DNA of 61,721 bases, filler included, from Stramenopiles sp. TOSAG23-3 (lineage: Eukaryota), in the NCBI GenBank assembly GCA_900128585.1. It is 23 parts of 23 records of this genome, joined end to end, with 100 filler letters (N's around TTAATTAATTAA, not from the genome) between each part and the next. Parts side by side here need not be neighbours in the genome. Positions count along the whole stretch, not along the records: positions 32,370 to 34,952 come from LT644710.1; positions 35,053 to 37,634 come from LT644711.1; positions 37,735 to 40,314 come from LT644712.1; positions 40,415 to 42,993 come from LT644713.1; positions 43,094 to 45,672 come from LT644714.1; 18 more parts are not named here. One strand, 5' to 3'. Shown here piece after piece: positions 32,370 to 43,348 of this stretch (its first letter is position 1; each line of letters begins with the position of its first letter). The notes under the pieces were generated by a model that worked only from the letters and a program-made list of their open reading frames with translations, had not been told where the DNA came from and ran no database searches. The position numbers and the translations under genes are program-made.

Positions 32370-33011
32370 ATAGTCAAGTTCCACGCCCGTGTCCATGTCG
32401 TAAAGGTCCTCGTCCATTTCGTCGTAGAGAAGTCCTTTTCCTGGGCAGGTCGCTCCAACTACCGCGGCGTAATCGCAAATCCTCCCAAATTTATCACGGA
32501 ACTTTTTGATTTTTCGTGCAAGTTTTTTGGCTTTTTTACCCCACTTTTTCAGTTTCTTTTTAAAGCCCAACCGCCTTTGTGCTCCCACGTACGGAAGGCG
32601 TCGTTGCATTAGCCGTCGCTCACTGTCCATGTCCCCGCGAGGAGAAAACAACCTCCTCTGGACCCCACGCTCACGTCTAAACAGGGCACACTTTGGATGT
32701 GAATACGCAAAGTCTGAAAATGCTTTCAAATCCTCCTGTGATCGTATCGGGCAAGCAGTTGACTCTGCTCCTGCAAATTGAAAGCAAGTTCTTGCAGCTT
32801 GTGTACAGTATCCTTCAAAAAACTTCTCCGGGGGGCATGTATGCAATTTACATATGGCATGATTTAAAATCGCATTTTGTTTTCGTTCTCGTTCACGGTC
32901 CAATTCAGGTTTTGGACGATGGTTATGGTTGGAAGCCCTCTGGGCGACGGCGCCTTGTTGCGAAAGTAAAACTATCGCAACGAGTGATAACAAAAGTAAA
33001 GTTGGTTTCAT
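32370..33011 (-). CDS. Secreted prepro-peptide precursor with RRL sites, a cationic amphipathic peptide and an acidic C-terminal piece (candidate antimicrobial peptide precursor); 3' partial
   Basis: Signal MKPTLLLLSLVAIVLLSQQGAVA, a 6-Cys domain, QRRL/ERRL/QRRL/QRRL, GFKKKLKKWGKKAKKLARKIKKFRDKFGRIC..C, then LLYDEMDEDLYDMDTGVELDY. Confidence 0.65.
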
Positions 33012-33994
33012 TTTTCGTTTACGGCTTGGGGGGTGAGGGTTTGTTTGTTTTTGTTGTGGCGTGTTTTGATACTTGTTTAGCATATATTTTGTTTTCAGCG
33101 TGTAGCGCGTGTAGCGCGCACGCAAAAGGAAGCTGTCCCTGTGGGACCGAACACGCAATAGAAGAATAAAGAAATAAAAAGACACTTATATATAATACAA
33201 TAGGATTGTTTTGGATCTTTATATTTGGGCACACCTTGCCTTAACTTTAAAAATGTGCTGAAACTAAAGAAACTTCTCCTTCGATCTGTAGAAAATCAGT
33301 GTTAGCTATAAAGTATAAGCTAAAAAGACGTACTTCGTCGACACAACTCTTTTCAGAAACTCTCTGAAGATTTGCCACAGCAGTCAGACACCTGTTCCAC
33401 ACTCTAGGTTCTGATTGTCAGAAACACCTTGCACCGTAAACAACCTTCTACGACCGCTCCTTTTGTCATACTATACAGATCGGTATCTGGTGATAAAAAA
33501 TAACCTTAAATGGCCGTGATAAAGTTGTCGTTCGCCATGACTGACACAACTTCCATTTTTTCTTCGGCGGCGGTGTAGTGCCCCCCACCACCTGGATTAT
33601 TATTCTATCGTTTTTTTGGTTATATCATCTACCTCGGCTATTGCACCATTGCACCGCCGATCGAAAATATCACAAATGACCCTCCCCTCCCCCGACATCT
33701 CAATCTCAACCCACAGATGATAACAACCTCTTGACCGATTTACAAGACAGACAACGAGCACCTCAAAAACAATTTAAGCCGCTGCTTGGAACTTGGAAGA
33801 TCGTACAAGGATTGATTTATCTCTGAGTGAGATATTAATATCGGATGAGGGCGTTAATGGACAAATGGAATCAAATCAATTTTCTTGTTTTTTAATATCT
33901 ACCTTATATCCTCTATATAAAAAACAAAATACAAGTATAATAATAAAACATTAATAAAAATACACTTTTTTTTCGAACCAATTCCAATACTGCT

Positions 33995-34693
33995 TTAATT
34001 GCCCCAGATGGCACCATTCGATTCTAATATTTTGACGGACGTATTGACTCTCCCCCCATCCATGATTGCCCAATCGAGGGCCGAGTTGCCGTGCAAATCT
34101 TTCACATTGACCCCCGCGCCGTGGTCCAATAGACTGCGAAGCACGCCAACGTCGTTGTTCTGCGCCGCAATCATGAGTGGAGTCTTTCCGTCTCGGAGCA
34201 GGTCTGGGTCCAACGCGGGGACTGCGCAGAGCAAGAAATTCACCATGGCGGCGTCACCAGTGTCTATGGCAACGTGGAGCAGGGGGGTCACGCCACTCCC
34301 CTCCCCCGGATCACCGGCCCATGCGGCCAAGAGAACGTTCAGTTTCGTGTAATCCTTCGACGCCACGGCGCGTGTCATCTCCTCCATGGCCTGGTGCTGC
34401 TGGTTCCGTCGCAGGATGGCGTCCTGGAGGCGTTCCTGCAGCCGAAAGGCAAGGTACCCAAGGCCGCCGTTCCTTGATATGAAAAAATGTCCCCCAAACT
34501 GCACCACAGACGGGTCGGACGGCAGTACATCGTGAACGGCTTTGAAAAACGATGTATCGTTGCAGTGGTGTTCTAGGACGCGAAGAAGCGCGGCGACGCC
34601 TGTCCCAGTAAGGTAAGCGTTTAGTTTTTTCAAAAACCACCAACCCAAGCAAAGAAAGTGCTCTTCGTTAAGAAGTCGCTGGCCTTCTTCCAT
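33995..34693 (-). CDS. Ankyrin repeat protein
   Basis: LLHVAIDTGDAAMVNFLL, GKTPLMIAAQNNDVGVLRSLLDHGAGVN, GNSALDWA. Confidence 0.85.
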   Translation of the reverse strand: MEEGQRLLNEEHFLCLGWWFLKKLNAYLTGTGVAALLRVLEHHCNDTSFFKAVHDVLPSDPSVVQFGGHFFISRNGGLGYLAFRLQERLQDAILRRNQQHQAMEEMTRAVASKDYTKLNVLLAAWAGDPGEGSGVTPLLHVAIDTGDAAMVNFLLCAVPALDPDLLRDGKTPLMIAAQNNDVGVLRSLLDHGAGVNVKDLHGNSALDWAIMDGGRVNTSVKILESNGAIWGN

Positions 34694-34874
34694 ACGAAGC
34701 GATTAGTTCATTAATTCATTGCTTTTTCTTTTATAACTCACTTTAAAACAAATAAACAATCATCGTTTTGTTCTCGGCATAATATATATATGTAGCAATT
34801 CCATTCAATTCAATTCAATTCCATTCTTCTTTGAAATCTTTCTTTCTTCCTCCTCCTTTCTTCTTCTTTCTTCT

Positions 34875-34906
<32 letters not shown>

Positions 34907-35411
34907 TCGACTCTTTCTTTCGACTCTTTCTTTCTTTCTTTCTTTCTTTCTTNNNNNNNNNNNNNNNNNNNNNNNNNNNNNNNNNNNNNNNNNNNNTTAA
35001 TTAATTAANNNNNNNNNNNNNNNNNNNNNNNNNNNNNNNNNNNNNNNNNNNNAGAAGCAATGAAAAAAAAAAGATATTTTTTTTTATAATTAATTCGTTC
35101 GTCGTAGCTGATGGATGATGATGATGATAATACCTCCTACCTGTACCAAGTATTATTATTATTAGTAGTTATTATTATTTATTAAAAATTTATAAAGAAG
35201 TGTATAAATATAATATAAATATTTCGTAATAATGATGTCATAAACGATTTAAAACAATGGTTCAATTTGTATTTCAAAAGAATTGCCAGATAGGGAATAA
35301 TCGTAAGGAAGTGAAATGGACGCACAAGATATATATATATAATGTAAGATTCTTATGATAAATTATAATTAATGAATTGAAGGGAAAGCTTTTAACTAGA
35401 ATTTCAATTAC

Positions 35412-36623
35412 ATGGCGTCCACCATGCTTGACGAGGACGAGGACGGGGGGGAGACTTTCGATGGGGATCATCGACTCACGAATACCTTTGTTCTGCATTA
35501 CGAACAAAAGTCAGAGAGCTACCAGCTTTTGTGCAAACCGGAGAGTGGCGACCGGAACGCGAACAAAATTGGGTGGGTGTACGATAGACTGCACTCCTTT
35601 CGGCCCAGGGACGAGACGACCCCGTACATGCGTGTGCCAAATCGACCGTTGGTGGATTTGGCGAGAGAGCGGAGCATCGCTCGAGATAGAAATTTGCAGT
35701 ACTTGTTGGAGCAGCGTCCACTGCTGCCCAACCAAGACCAATTCGACAGCTTCCTTGCAAAGACAGAGCGATTCAATATAGAAGTTTCCAAGCTGCAGCA
35801 AGAGCTTGCCCGAGCATTCCGGGACCCGTTCATTTCTCGGCTGAGAGAATGGTCGCAGATGATTGGAAAGCTTGAAGCGAACAGCATTTTTGCGAGGAAC
35901 ATGGTGCCGCTCCATAGAATCCCGGTCGCAGTTTGGACCGCAAGCGATAATTCAAAACTAGAGGTAATGCTCGTTCTTATGAAAATTTCGAAAGCGTATA
36001 GCGCCATGAAGTACGAGTTGGATGGCTTTAAGAGCCAGACCACCCAAACGGTGAACCACGGGATTCAGTTGCTCTGCATGATTTTCGAACAGGAGGAGTT
36101 CGAGCTGTACACAAATATCTTAAATCAAAGGGCGTTGAACAAGCCGCAGAAGAAAATGGATACAGAGGGCATGTCGGTCCCTACCAAAAAGAAGAAACTG
36201 TGGGGAAATCTTAAAGCGAATGTTAAGAAGAACATTACTGGCCGCCAAAAAGCGAAGAATGACATCAAAATCGTATTCTTGAATACAGCCCAATCACACC
36301 ACGCGTCAGGTAAATACCATGATTTGTTCGACAAGAAAGAAGGGGCTGCCGACTACAACCCTGCGTTGTTGGCGGAAGATTTGGACGGCGACATTGTTCA
36401 CGTGCTGAACGGAGGCCAGCCCGCCGTGTGCCGTGTAAACACTGTCATCGCGTGCGTCACAAAAGAGTGGCGGTTGAACGATATTCAACAATTGATTCAT
36501 ATGGCGAGCAAAAAAATCGTAATCTGTGAGATGCACGACGGCGCCTGCATAAAAATTCGAGGCAACGTAGACGCAATGGATGAAGTAACTTTCGAAGATC
36601 CAATATTTTACCCGAACAAGTAA
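35412..36623 (+). CDS. Hypothetical protein
   Basis: 403-aa ATG-initiated ORF with coding-like GC between AT-rich flanks. No family recognised. Confidence 0.75.
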   Translation: MASTMLDEDEDGGETFDGDHRLTNTFVLHYEQKSESYQLLCKPESGDRNANKIGWVYDRLHSFRPRDETTPYMRVPNRPLVDLARERSIARDRNLQYLLEQRPLLPNQDQFDSFLAKTERFNIEVSKLQQELARAFRDPFISRLREWSQMIGKLEANSIFARNMVPLHRIPVAVWTASDNSKLEVMLVLMKISKAYSAMKYELDGFKSQTTQTVNHGIQLLCMIFEQEEFELYTNILNQRALNKPQKKMDTEGMSVPTKKKKLWGNLKANVKKNITGRQKAKNDIKIVFLNTAQSHHASGKYHDLFDKKEGAADYNPALLAEDLDGDIVHVLNGGQPAVCRVNTVIACVTKEWRLNDIQQLIHMASKKIVICEMHDGACIKIRGNVDAMDEVTFEDPIFYPNK

Positions 36624-36689
36624 AGAATTAAAAACAAAGTACATATGTTGTAACGGTATGGTGTTATTCACCCAGGCCATGGGTATGTT

Positions 36690-37349
36690 TTAAACGGCTG
36701 TTTGCTCTAACATTGTTCTCCTTTCTTTTCGTGCGCTAAAAAATTTTTGGGCAACTTCGTGCCATTTCTTCATCACCTTCTTCATTAAAGAACGCTCAAA
36801 CACATGGTTATATAGGGCCCGGTCTCTTGCAGCAGCATTCAAGAGGGACATTGCTGCCTTATTGTCGCAAAATTTTGCGATATCGTACGGCGTTTGTCTG
36901 CCGCAATTCCTCAGGTCTAAATCAGCATGACTTTCAATCAGCAGGTCGATTGGTTCCAGAAAGTTCGTTGCCGCTGTAAGGTGCAATGGCGTGTTGCGCT
37001 CCGTGTCAAAAGCGTTAGCGTGCGCACCATAGTCTAGTAAAAGCTTGATTATGTTTAAATGTCCATTTTCACATGCACGATGAAGAGGACTGGTGCCGTC
37101 CCTGTTCTGTATGTTGGCGTCTGCACCGTTCTCTAAAAGGAGAGAGACTGCTTCCGTGTAGCCTTTTCCACTTGCAATGGTCAAGGCCGTCGTTCCAGCG
37201 TCACAGGGGGAAAAGTTTACAATAGACTCGATTGCTTTTGTCGTCTTGCAGCCATGCTTTACCTTGTCCAGCAGCAGACGTAAGCGTTCTAGATTATTGC
37301 AACGCGCACACTCCCAAATAATCGGTGCTTCTACTGTTGCAACGCTCAT
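36690..37349 (-). CDS. Ankyrin repeat protein
   Basis: GTTALTIASGKGYTEAVSLLLENGADAN, GTSPLHRACENGH, NTPLHL, QTPYDIA. ATG at 37349. Confidence 0.9.
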   Translation of the reverse strand: MSVATVEAPIIWECARCNNLERLRLLLDKVKHGCKTTKAIESIVNFSPCDAGTTALTIASGKGYTEAVSLLLENGADANIQNRDGTSPLHRACENGHLNIIKLLLDYGAHANAFDTERNTPLHLTAATNFLEPIDLLIESHADLDLRNCGRQTPYDIAKFCDNKAAMSLLNAAARDRALYNHVFERSLMKKVMKKWHEVAQKFFSARKERRTMLEQTAV

Positions 37350-37809
37350 ATTGTGCGCCTTTGAACACAGGTACACACCTCCAATGTTCCATTAAGAACC
37401 GTTATGCATTCTCCAAAATTCATATTTTGGTTCAACATGAATTTGTTTCCATTTTTTTTATATTTACGAACGAGTACATATGCAAACAATGCTCACTCAC
37501 AGAAATAACAACAACCGTCAGTAAAATTGCACACTATCTTACCGTACGTACGAGGAGGAGTAGACACGTAAGTATAGGAAAACAAAATAAAAGTACAAAG
37601 CAGAAGGTGAACGTTTTGTTCTAATAGTGTTCTANNNNNNNNNNNNNNNNNNNNNNNNNNNNNNNNNNNNNNNNNNNNTTAATTAATTAANNNNNNNNNN
37701 NNNNNNNNNNNNNNNNNNNNNNNNNNNNNNNNNNGTATACTATACTTTTATTAAAATTATTGTTTCAAACTTCAAACTACGTGGTCTTTCAAGAAAAAAG
37801 TAGTAAGGC

Positions 37810-40314
37810 TTAGGACTCTTGGTACAGGTTTTCATCGCTCCGGCACTGCTTAATAACAGCTTGAAACTGTCGGGTCTTCACAGTAAATGGTCGATCATAT
37901 TTCTTGATTTGAGGATCAATAGGATACAGTGGTACTTTGTCTATTTGCAGCATTGTTCCTGGTCTGAGGGAATGCGTTCGGAACATTATCTCCCAAAGCA
38001 ATGTGTCGTAGTATTTTGTTTTGTTTTCATCTACATAAAATGGCTGATACGTCATAAGATTTCGTTCTTCATTGTATATCGATTTGAACCAACGGCATGG
38101 AACCGCCCACTTTCTATTATCTAAAACGTTTGTTTTCCCCTTAATTCTCACCTGTTCATCATACCATTTTTGAGTGCTGTACCCAACGACTCTGTCACCA
38201 ACCCACTTTCCTTCCTTTGACCCCTTTTTCTTAGCTTGCCAGCGTTTATTCACCAAAGATTCTTCAGTCCTTGAAGTTGAAACAACTTGTGGAGGTCCCA
38301 ATACTTCCACTAAGGATATGCCAGGATTACGTGGGTCCTCTCCTGGAGCAATTGCTCTGTCTTCCCTCTCGGTTGATCTCACAAAGAGCAGCATACCTTT
38401 CTTAATTTTATTCCGTACTTTTTGTGCGCGCATCTGCAAAGATTTGTCGGCCGACATCGTATTGGACGTCGTTGTCTGTAGTGCATGTTCTTCGAAGCTT
38501 CCAACAGTTTCAATATTCTCACATACACCAACAGCGGGTTCCCCCTTTGGAAGATGCCAGTTCCTGCAACAAACACTGCAAGAACAACAAGCCCACCGGA
38601 TTTTAAGTTGTCCAGTCATGATGGTATTTTCAAAGTCGTGATTACTTCGAACTCTGCCTTGTAACCCTGTTACATCTCCCTGATTTTCAGCAGGAATTTT
38701 ACAATGATCTATGAAAAAGAATCTACGGCGATTTATAAAATTTGCCTTTCTCCGATCTTTCTCCGAGTTGTGTTTTCCTTTCTTCTCTGTAAAATTCTTT
38801 TTTGCGTATTCGTATGCCTCCTTTGATGTAGTGAGGAAAGCATCTTTCATAGTGAGGGCAGCGCTCCACCCACATTTAACCACAGCACCCTCGGCGTCGC
38901 TTGGNNNNNNNNNNNNNNNNNNNNNNNNNNNNNNNNNNNNNNNNNNNNNNNNNNNNTCGGTCCAAATGGTCAAGTGATGCAGCGTCGTAAACTGTTCAAT
39001 ATATTTCAAGACTTTGTTCGTTGCATGGGTAACAAATGCATTACTGTGTAATTGGTCATTTGAAACTATGTTAATGGCCCACCTTTCAATCTGTTCGTTA
39101 ATGTTCAGATAAACTATACATGGGAAAAGAGTAGTCTGCGTGCAGGCCCAATGTTCCAGCTGAATGGTTCCCTTGTATTTGTGTGAGAAGTTCATTTGAA
39201 AGTCCATTAAAAGCACTGCCTCTCCTGGCTGGACATCTCTTATGTCCAAGTCCCACGCTGCCGAGTTACATTTTACCACAGCACTGTGTTTCAAGTACTT
39301 CGCTATGTATTGCTGGAATTCGAGAAAAAAATTATCGAATTGTTTCCGGGCAACCATCCGGACTTTCATCGTGTTTCCCAAGCTGTTTTCTACATTTGAG
39401 AAAACTCTCATTGTAATTTCACGTTTTGATTTACATCCTCGTAAAATTTTGATGATGTTACTGTTTCCATATCCACATTGTGAGCATAGACTGTGTGAGC
39501 AGATCTTCTTTGGTATGGATCCTGCTCCGCATTCCAAGTCATCCCGAATAAGCTCCCGTAGCTTCTGCTCAGACCATGTTTTTTTTTTGGTTTTAGCCAA
39601 GATGCAAGATGCGCACAAGCAGTGGTTTATGTGGCCATAAAGAGCTTTTATAAAGTCATTGAACTTCATATGGTCGCCACACATGCATGTCTGGGCTGTC
39701 GCTTTGCGCAACTGAAACGGCGAAAACTTTCTCAACATTTGCGGTGTGACCTGTTTGCAACTGGTCTTTATGTTTGGCAAAATTTTTTTTTGGAAAATTT
39801 CTGCCCCATTCTCCCATGTCTCTTTTCTGTCGTATCTTGCTAGTATTTTGCAGTGAGATGTGCACCCCTTTCTGCAAAATTTTTTCTCATTACCATATTC
39901 ATCAAAATGTTGCGTCACTGTTTTGTCCGGAGCGGCCTGTGAAAAGTCATGCGACAGGCAAAATTTGGTTATTGCCTGTACGACTTCAGGGTATTTGTTT
40001 GGGAAACTGTCCTTCCGAGGCTTCCGTACTGAGGAGGGAGCGGGAAGTTTCTTACTCGAGCTACCGCTACTTCGAGGCTTCCGTACTGAGGAGGGAGCAG
40101 GAAGTTTCTTACTCGAGCTACCGCAGCGATTTGCTCCAATAGAAAGATGTTTTCGTTTCTTCCCGCTTATTTTCCCTGCCTTCTGTTTCTGACATGTTTT
40201 CTTTATGTTTTTTAAGTCCTGTTCCATTTTTAGATTGTAAGCAAGCAGTTCATTAATTAAACCCTCACTACCGTTCTCTAGCACGTTTTCAGTGCATGCA
40301 GGAATCGAACCTAC
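37810..40314 (-). mobile_element. DDE/DDD DNA transposase, Sola2-like; 5' partial with an internal N gap at 38905-38956
   Basis: Cys-rich region (TCMCGDH, C..C..CG), then VLLMDFQMNFSH..IQLEHW..QTTL, SNDQLHSNAFV, LTIWT[gap]PSDAEGAVVK, and later CCSCSVC. This matches the DF.EN..Q..HW..Q.T / W.DG / K..D..G...K pattern I associate with Sola2. Confidence 0.65.
40016..40123 (-). repeat. 57-bp in-frame tandem duplication in the transposase N-terminus
   Basis: GSSSKKLPAPSSVRKPR is encoded twice with near-identical DNA. Confidence 0.9.
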
Positions 40315-40414
40315 NNNNNNNNNNNNNNNNNNNNNNNNNNNNNNNNNNNNNNNNNNNNTTAATTAATTAANNNNNNNNNNNNNNNNNNNNNNNNNNNNNN
40401 NNNNNNNNNNNNNN

Positions 40415-42211
40415 GCTAGTATCTTGGAAACAAAAGGCTACCGGTCTAAGCGCGATTTTTCTGATATTGTGACAGCAGCTTCGATTATTTTGCCGATGAG
40501 CAAACGGGAGAGAATTCCCAAAGTTAACCAGAAGGAGCTGACCACCGTAATGGAGGGGTACTTGAACGAAATTGAGTCTATTTTTGAGAGCGCAGAGGGA
40601 GAGTCCAAGACGGACTTGATGGCAAAAGCGGCAGGATGGCACAGGAAGCTCAGCGTTGAGCTGGAGAAGCACGCATCTAACCTCCACGAAAAATTCATTC
40701 TCAGGAGTCTGGAACCGATCCAATTGGTCCTCGACCAACAGAATTACAGCCAGGGGGCGGAAATCGCTTTAAAGCAAACGTTCGCAGCTGCAAAGGCGAT
40801 CATTGCCTCTCGTTCATCGTTGATTGAAAAAGTTTTTGAGCATCTGGAGCGAACAAAAGTTGAGCAAATGTTGACAACGCAACTATTTACGAATCAAAGT
40901 TGCGGAATTGCAACTGCTATTCACCAAGTTCTTGGGGTTCCAATTCTATGGGCGGATGAGAACGACTTTGGAAGTAGCATGGAGGGAGAGCGGGCGGGCG
41001 GGGATCCCTTGGAAAGAAAACTGGAGCTGTTGGCGTGGGCGTACAACGAGACGGTGGTAATGTCGAAAAGTTTACAAATTGACCCAGAGTACGTTATGAA
41101 TGCCGCAGAGGCACTCTTTGCCCCATACCGCAAGCTGTATTCTTCCAATGGGATACTCTGGGTAGAATCCTATGCAGCCTCTGCAGTCACCACGGTCCAG
41201 AGCCGCAAGCCTACCGCGCTCGCCAGCCAGCCTTCCGTGCTGGCAGCGAATTATACAGAAGACGAGCTGAACGAAATCCAGAATATCGCTTTCGAAAGCT
41301 TCAACCGGTCGTCCAGGCGCTGTTTGATTTTACTTCGTGGGACGGAGCGCGACGAGACTTTTATGAGATTGTACGAGTGCTTATGTGCAACGTTCGAAGA
41401 CGTGATCTTCGGTTCAATTTTTGAGTTGGCAGGAGGAACAACGGCGATGCCCAGCAACAAACGCTATGGGGTGGGGCAGTCGGGGGCGGCACCGATGGAC
41501 GCAACGGAGACGAAAATGCTTATTCCATTGCTTCAAATGACCAATGATTCGGCATTTCTATTTCAGAATCATTACTCAGGAAAAGTTTGCGCGCTTGGAA
41601 TGGTGTGCAACAGGCCCGTCTTGCCTCGGGTGAATCGAACGAAGGACAACCTTTTGCTTCAACTAGAGTTGAGCGTCGACGCAATTTTGAGGGCATGGGT
41701 CCATGCGCAAGTGCAGGATATCGACAAAAACTTTGCAGAGTGTATTGGGTATGATGCGTTTACCGGAGACGCCACGCCAATATGCATTGCCATATGCAAA
41801 GGGTTGACCAAGATATGCTTAGATATGGAGCGGATGGTGAACGGAAAAAATTTCGTGGCAGTAAAGATTTTGCTCGTCTCTGAGTTTTTCGCTGCGCTGG
41901 TTAAACACGTATTGTCTCACAAATACACACCGCTGCAAGCACAGCAGCTGAAGTGGGACCTCCAAATATACGAGCAGCACACTGCCAAACTCTTCACTAT
42001 ATTTTGGGCCGACTTTGATTTAAGGGCAAGCCCGAACTGTGATTGTGAAGTCCAAAATTTTCTAGAACTGCGGCGACTGATCGATATCCTAATTGTAAAC
42101 GATAACAATGGCGCGAAGAACCTTTTGAAAGAGTCCCCATTGGTGGAGATAGACCCTTCCGTTTTGAAGAAATTTCTAAACTTGCGAAGGGGCTTAGTAA
42201 TGTGCTTTTAA
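40415..42211 (+). CDS. Exocyst component Sec10 (EXOC5)-like, divergent; 5' partial
   Basis: Helical protein with TPICIAIC, NGKNF..EFFAALVKHVLSHKYT..AQQLKWDLQIY and LKKFLNLR, resembling the Sec10 C-terminus. Confidence 0.55.
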   Translation, partial: ASILETKGYRSKRDFSDIVTAASIILPMSKRERIPKVNQKELTTVMEGYLNEIESIFESAEGESKTDLMAKAAGWHRKLSVELEKHASNLHEKFILRSLEPIQLVLDQQNYSQGAEIALKQTFAAAKAIIASRSSLIEKVFEHLERTKVEQMLTTQLFTNQSCGIATAIHQVLGVPILWADENDFGSSMEGERAGGDPLERKLELLAWAYNETVVMSKSLQIDPEYVMNAAEALFAPYRKLYSSNGILWVESYAASAVTTVQSRKPTALASQPSVLAANYTEDELNEIQNIAFESFNRSSRRCLILLRGTERDETFMRLYECLCATFEDVIFGSIFELAGGTTAMPSNKRYGVGQSGAAPMDATETKMLIPLLQMTNDSAFLFQNHYSGKVCALGMVCNRPVLPRVNRTKDNLLLQLELSVDAILRAWVHAQVQDIDKNFAECIGYDAFTGDATPICIAICKGLTKICLDMERMVNGKNFVAVKILLVSEFFAALVKHVLSHKYTPLQAQQLKWDLQIYEQHTAKLFTIFWADFDLRASPNCDCEVQNFLELRRLIDILIVNDNNGAKNLLKESPLVEIDPSVLKKFLNLRRGLVMCF

Positions 42212-42536
42212 GTTTAGAACAGACAGAAAAGGACGGGGATATTTTTAATAATATAAAACTTATAAGAACTTAAGAAGTATGACTTAAAACATACTATATA
42301 TAATTTGTTTTTTAATTTTTAACGGTAACGTGCTTTGAAAAAGACTTATGATATCTAATTCTTTACAAGGAGGGTGTTTCTTACGAATGCCCTCTATCCT
42401 AAAAATATTACGACCTGGGGATTCAATGGAAGCGTGTGTTCGCGTGCGCATTTCTTTCAATACGATTTAAAACAAAACACACCTTTTTTATTTTTGTGAT
42501 ATTAATGAGCCGCATGCAAATAAGCCATTTGAAACA

Positions 42537-42992
42537 CTACGGTTCCTCGTCGACATTCCACCCCCAGCATTGAGTCTCAGCGTACTTGTGGGAAGTTGCG
42601 TTGACGACGTAGGCACACGTATGCGTGGCCCCAGTGTTGATCGCTGAGAAATTGAAGCCGTCCCCAAGTGCTGGAAACACTACCGCAGGGGCCTGTTGAA
42701 AGGTGTTGTCGCCCCAGCAAGTCACCCTGTTTCTGCCCTCATCGTCAAAAAGCGCACACGAATGGTACCCTCCCACGGCAGCTTGCTTGAACTTCCCAGC
42801 AGGGCAATTCACTTGATTGTGGTTGTTTTCCCCAAAACAGTCCACGGTCCCATTTACCATTGTCACGCACGTGTGATGGAATCCTGCAGACACGTGTTTG
42901 TATACCCCCCCCGTCAAACTTTTTGGGGCTTGGCCAAACCAATTTGAACCCCAGCATTTTACGTCCTTGTCCGTGGAAATAGCACAGGTATG
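42537..42992 (-). CDS. RCC1/BLIP-II repeat protein, C-terminal fragment
   Basis: HTCAISTDKDVKCWGSNWFGQA, SAGFHHTC..VDCFGENNHNQ, VGGYHSCA..VTCWGDNTFQQ, TGATHTCA..CWG. Confidence 0.85.
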   Translation of the reverse strand, partial: HTCAISTDKDVKCWGSNWFGQAPKSLTGGVYKHVSAGFHHTCVTMVNGTVDCFGENNHNQVNCPAGKFKQAAVGGYHSCALFDDEGRNRVTCWGDNTFQQAPAVVFPALGDGFNFSAINTGATHTCAYVVNATSHKYAETQCWGWNVDEEP

Positions 42993-43348
42993 GNNNNNNN
43001 NNNNNNNNNNNNNNNNNNNNNNNNNNNNNNNNNNNNNTTAATTAATTAANNNNNNNNNNNNNNNNNNNNNNNNNNNNNNNNNNNNNNNNNNNNGGGGGGG
43101 GGGGGGGAGACTGTCCCCGGCGGGCCCACGCACACCGCATTTTTTGTAACTCCAGTGTCCCTGTTACTTTCATCGCGCATAGGAATTACTTAAAAACAAG
43201 GGCGACTTCTGCAAACTTTTGTGGGAGAGCAATTTTATGCTAGAAAAAGAGCAAGGCAGTGGCTATAACCTCTATCTATCTTGAATAGAATCGCACAATC
43301 GTTACTAACTTTGCCATCTATACTCGGGACTCTCCACTCTAACCAAGT

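Noticed and set aside
40290-40314. tRNA T-arm-like GTAGGTTCGATTCCTGC on the - strand
   Set aside because: Only 17 nt at a contig edge and inside the open transposase frame; the rest of a cloverleaf cannot be seen.
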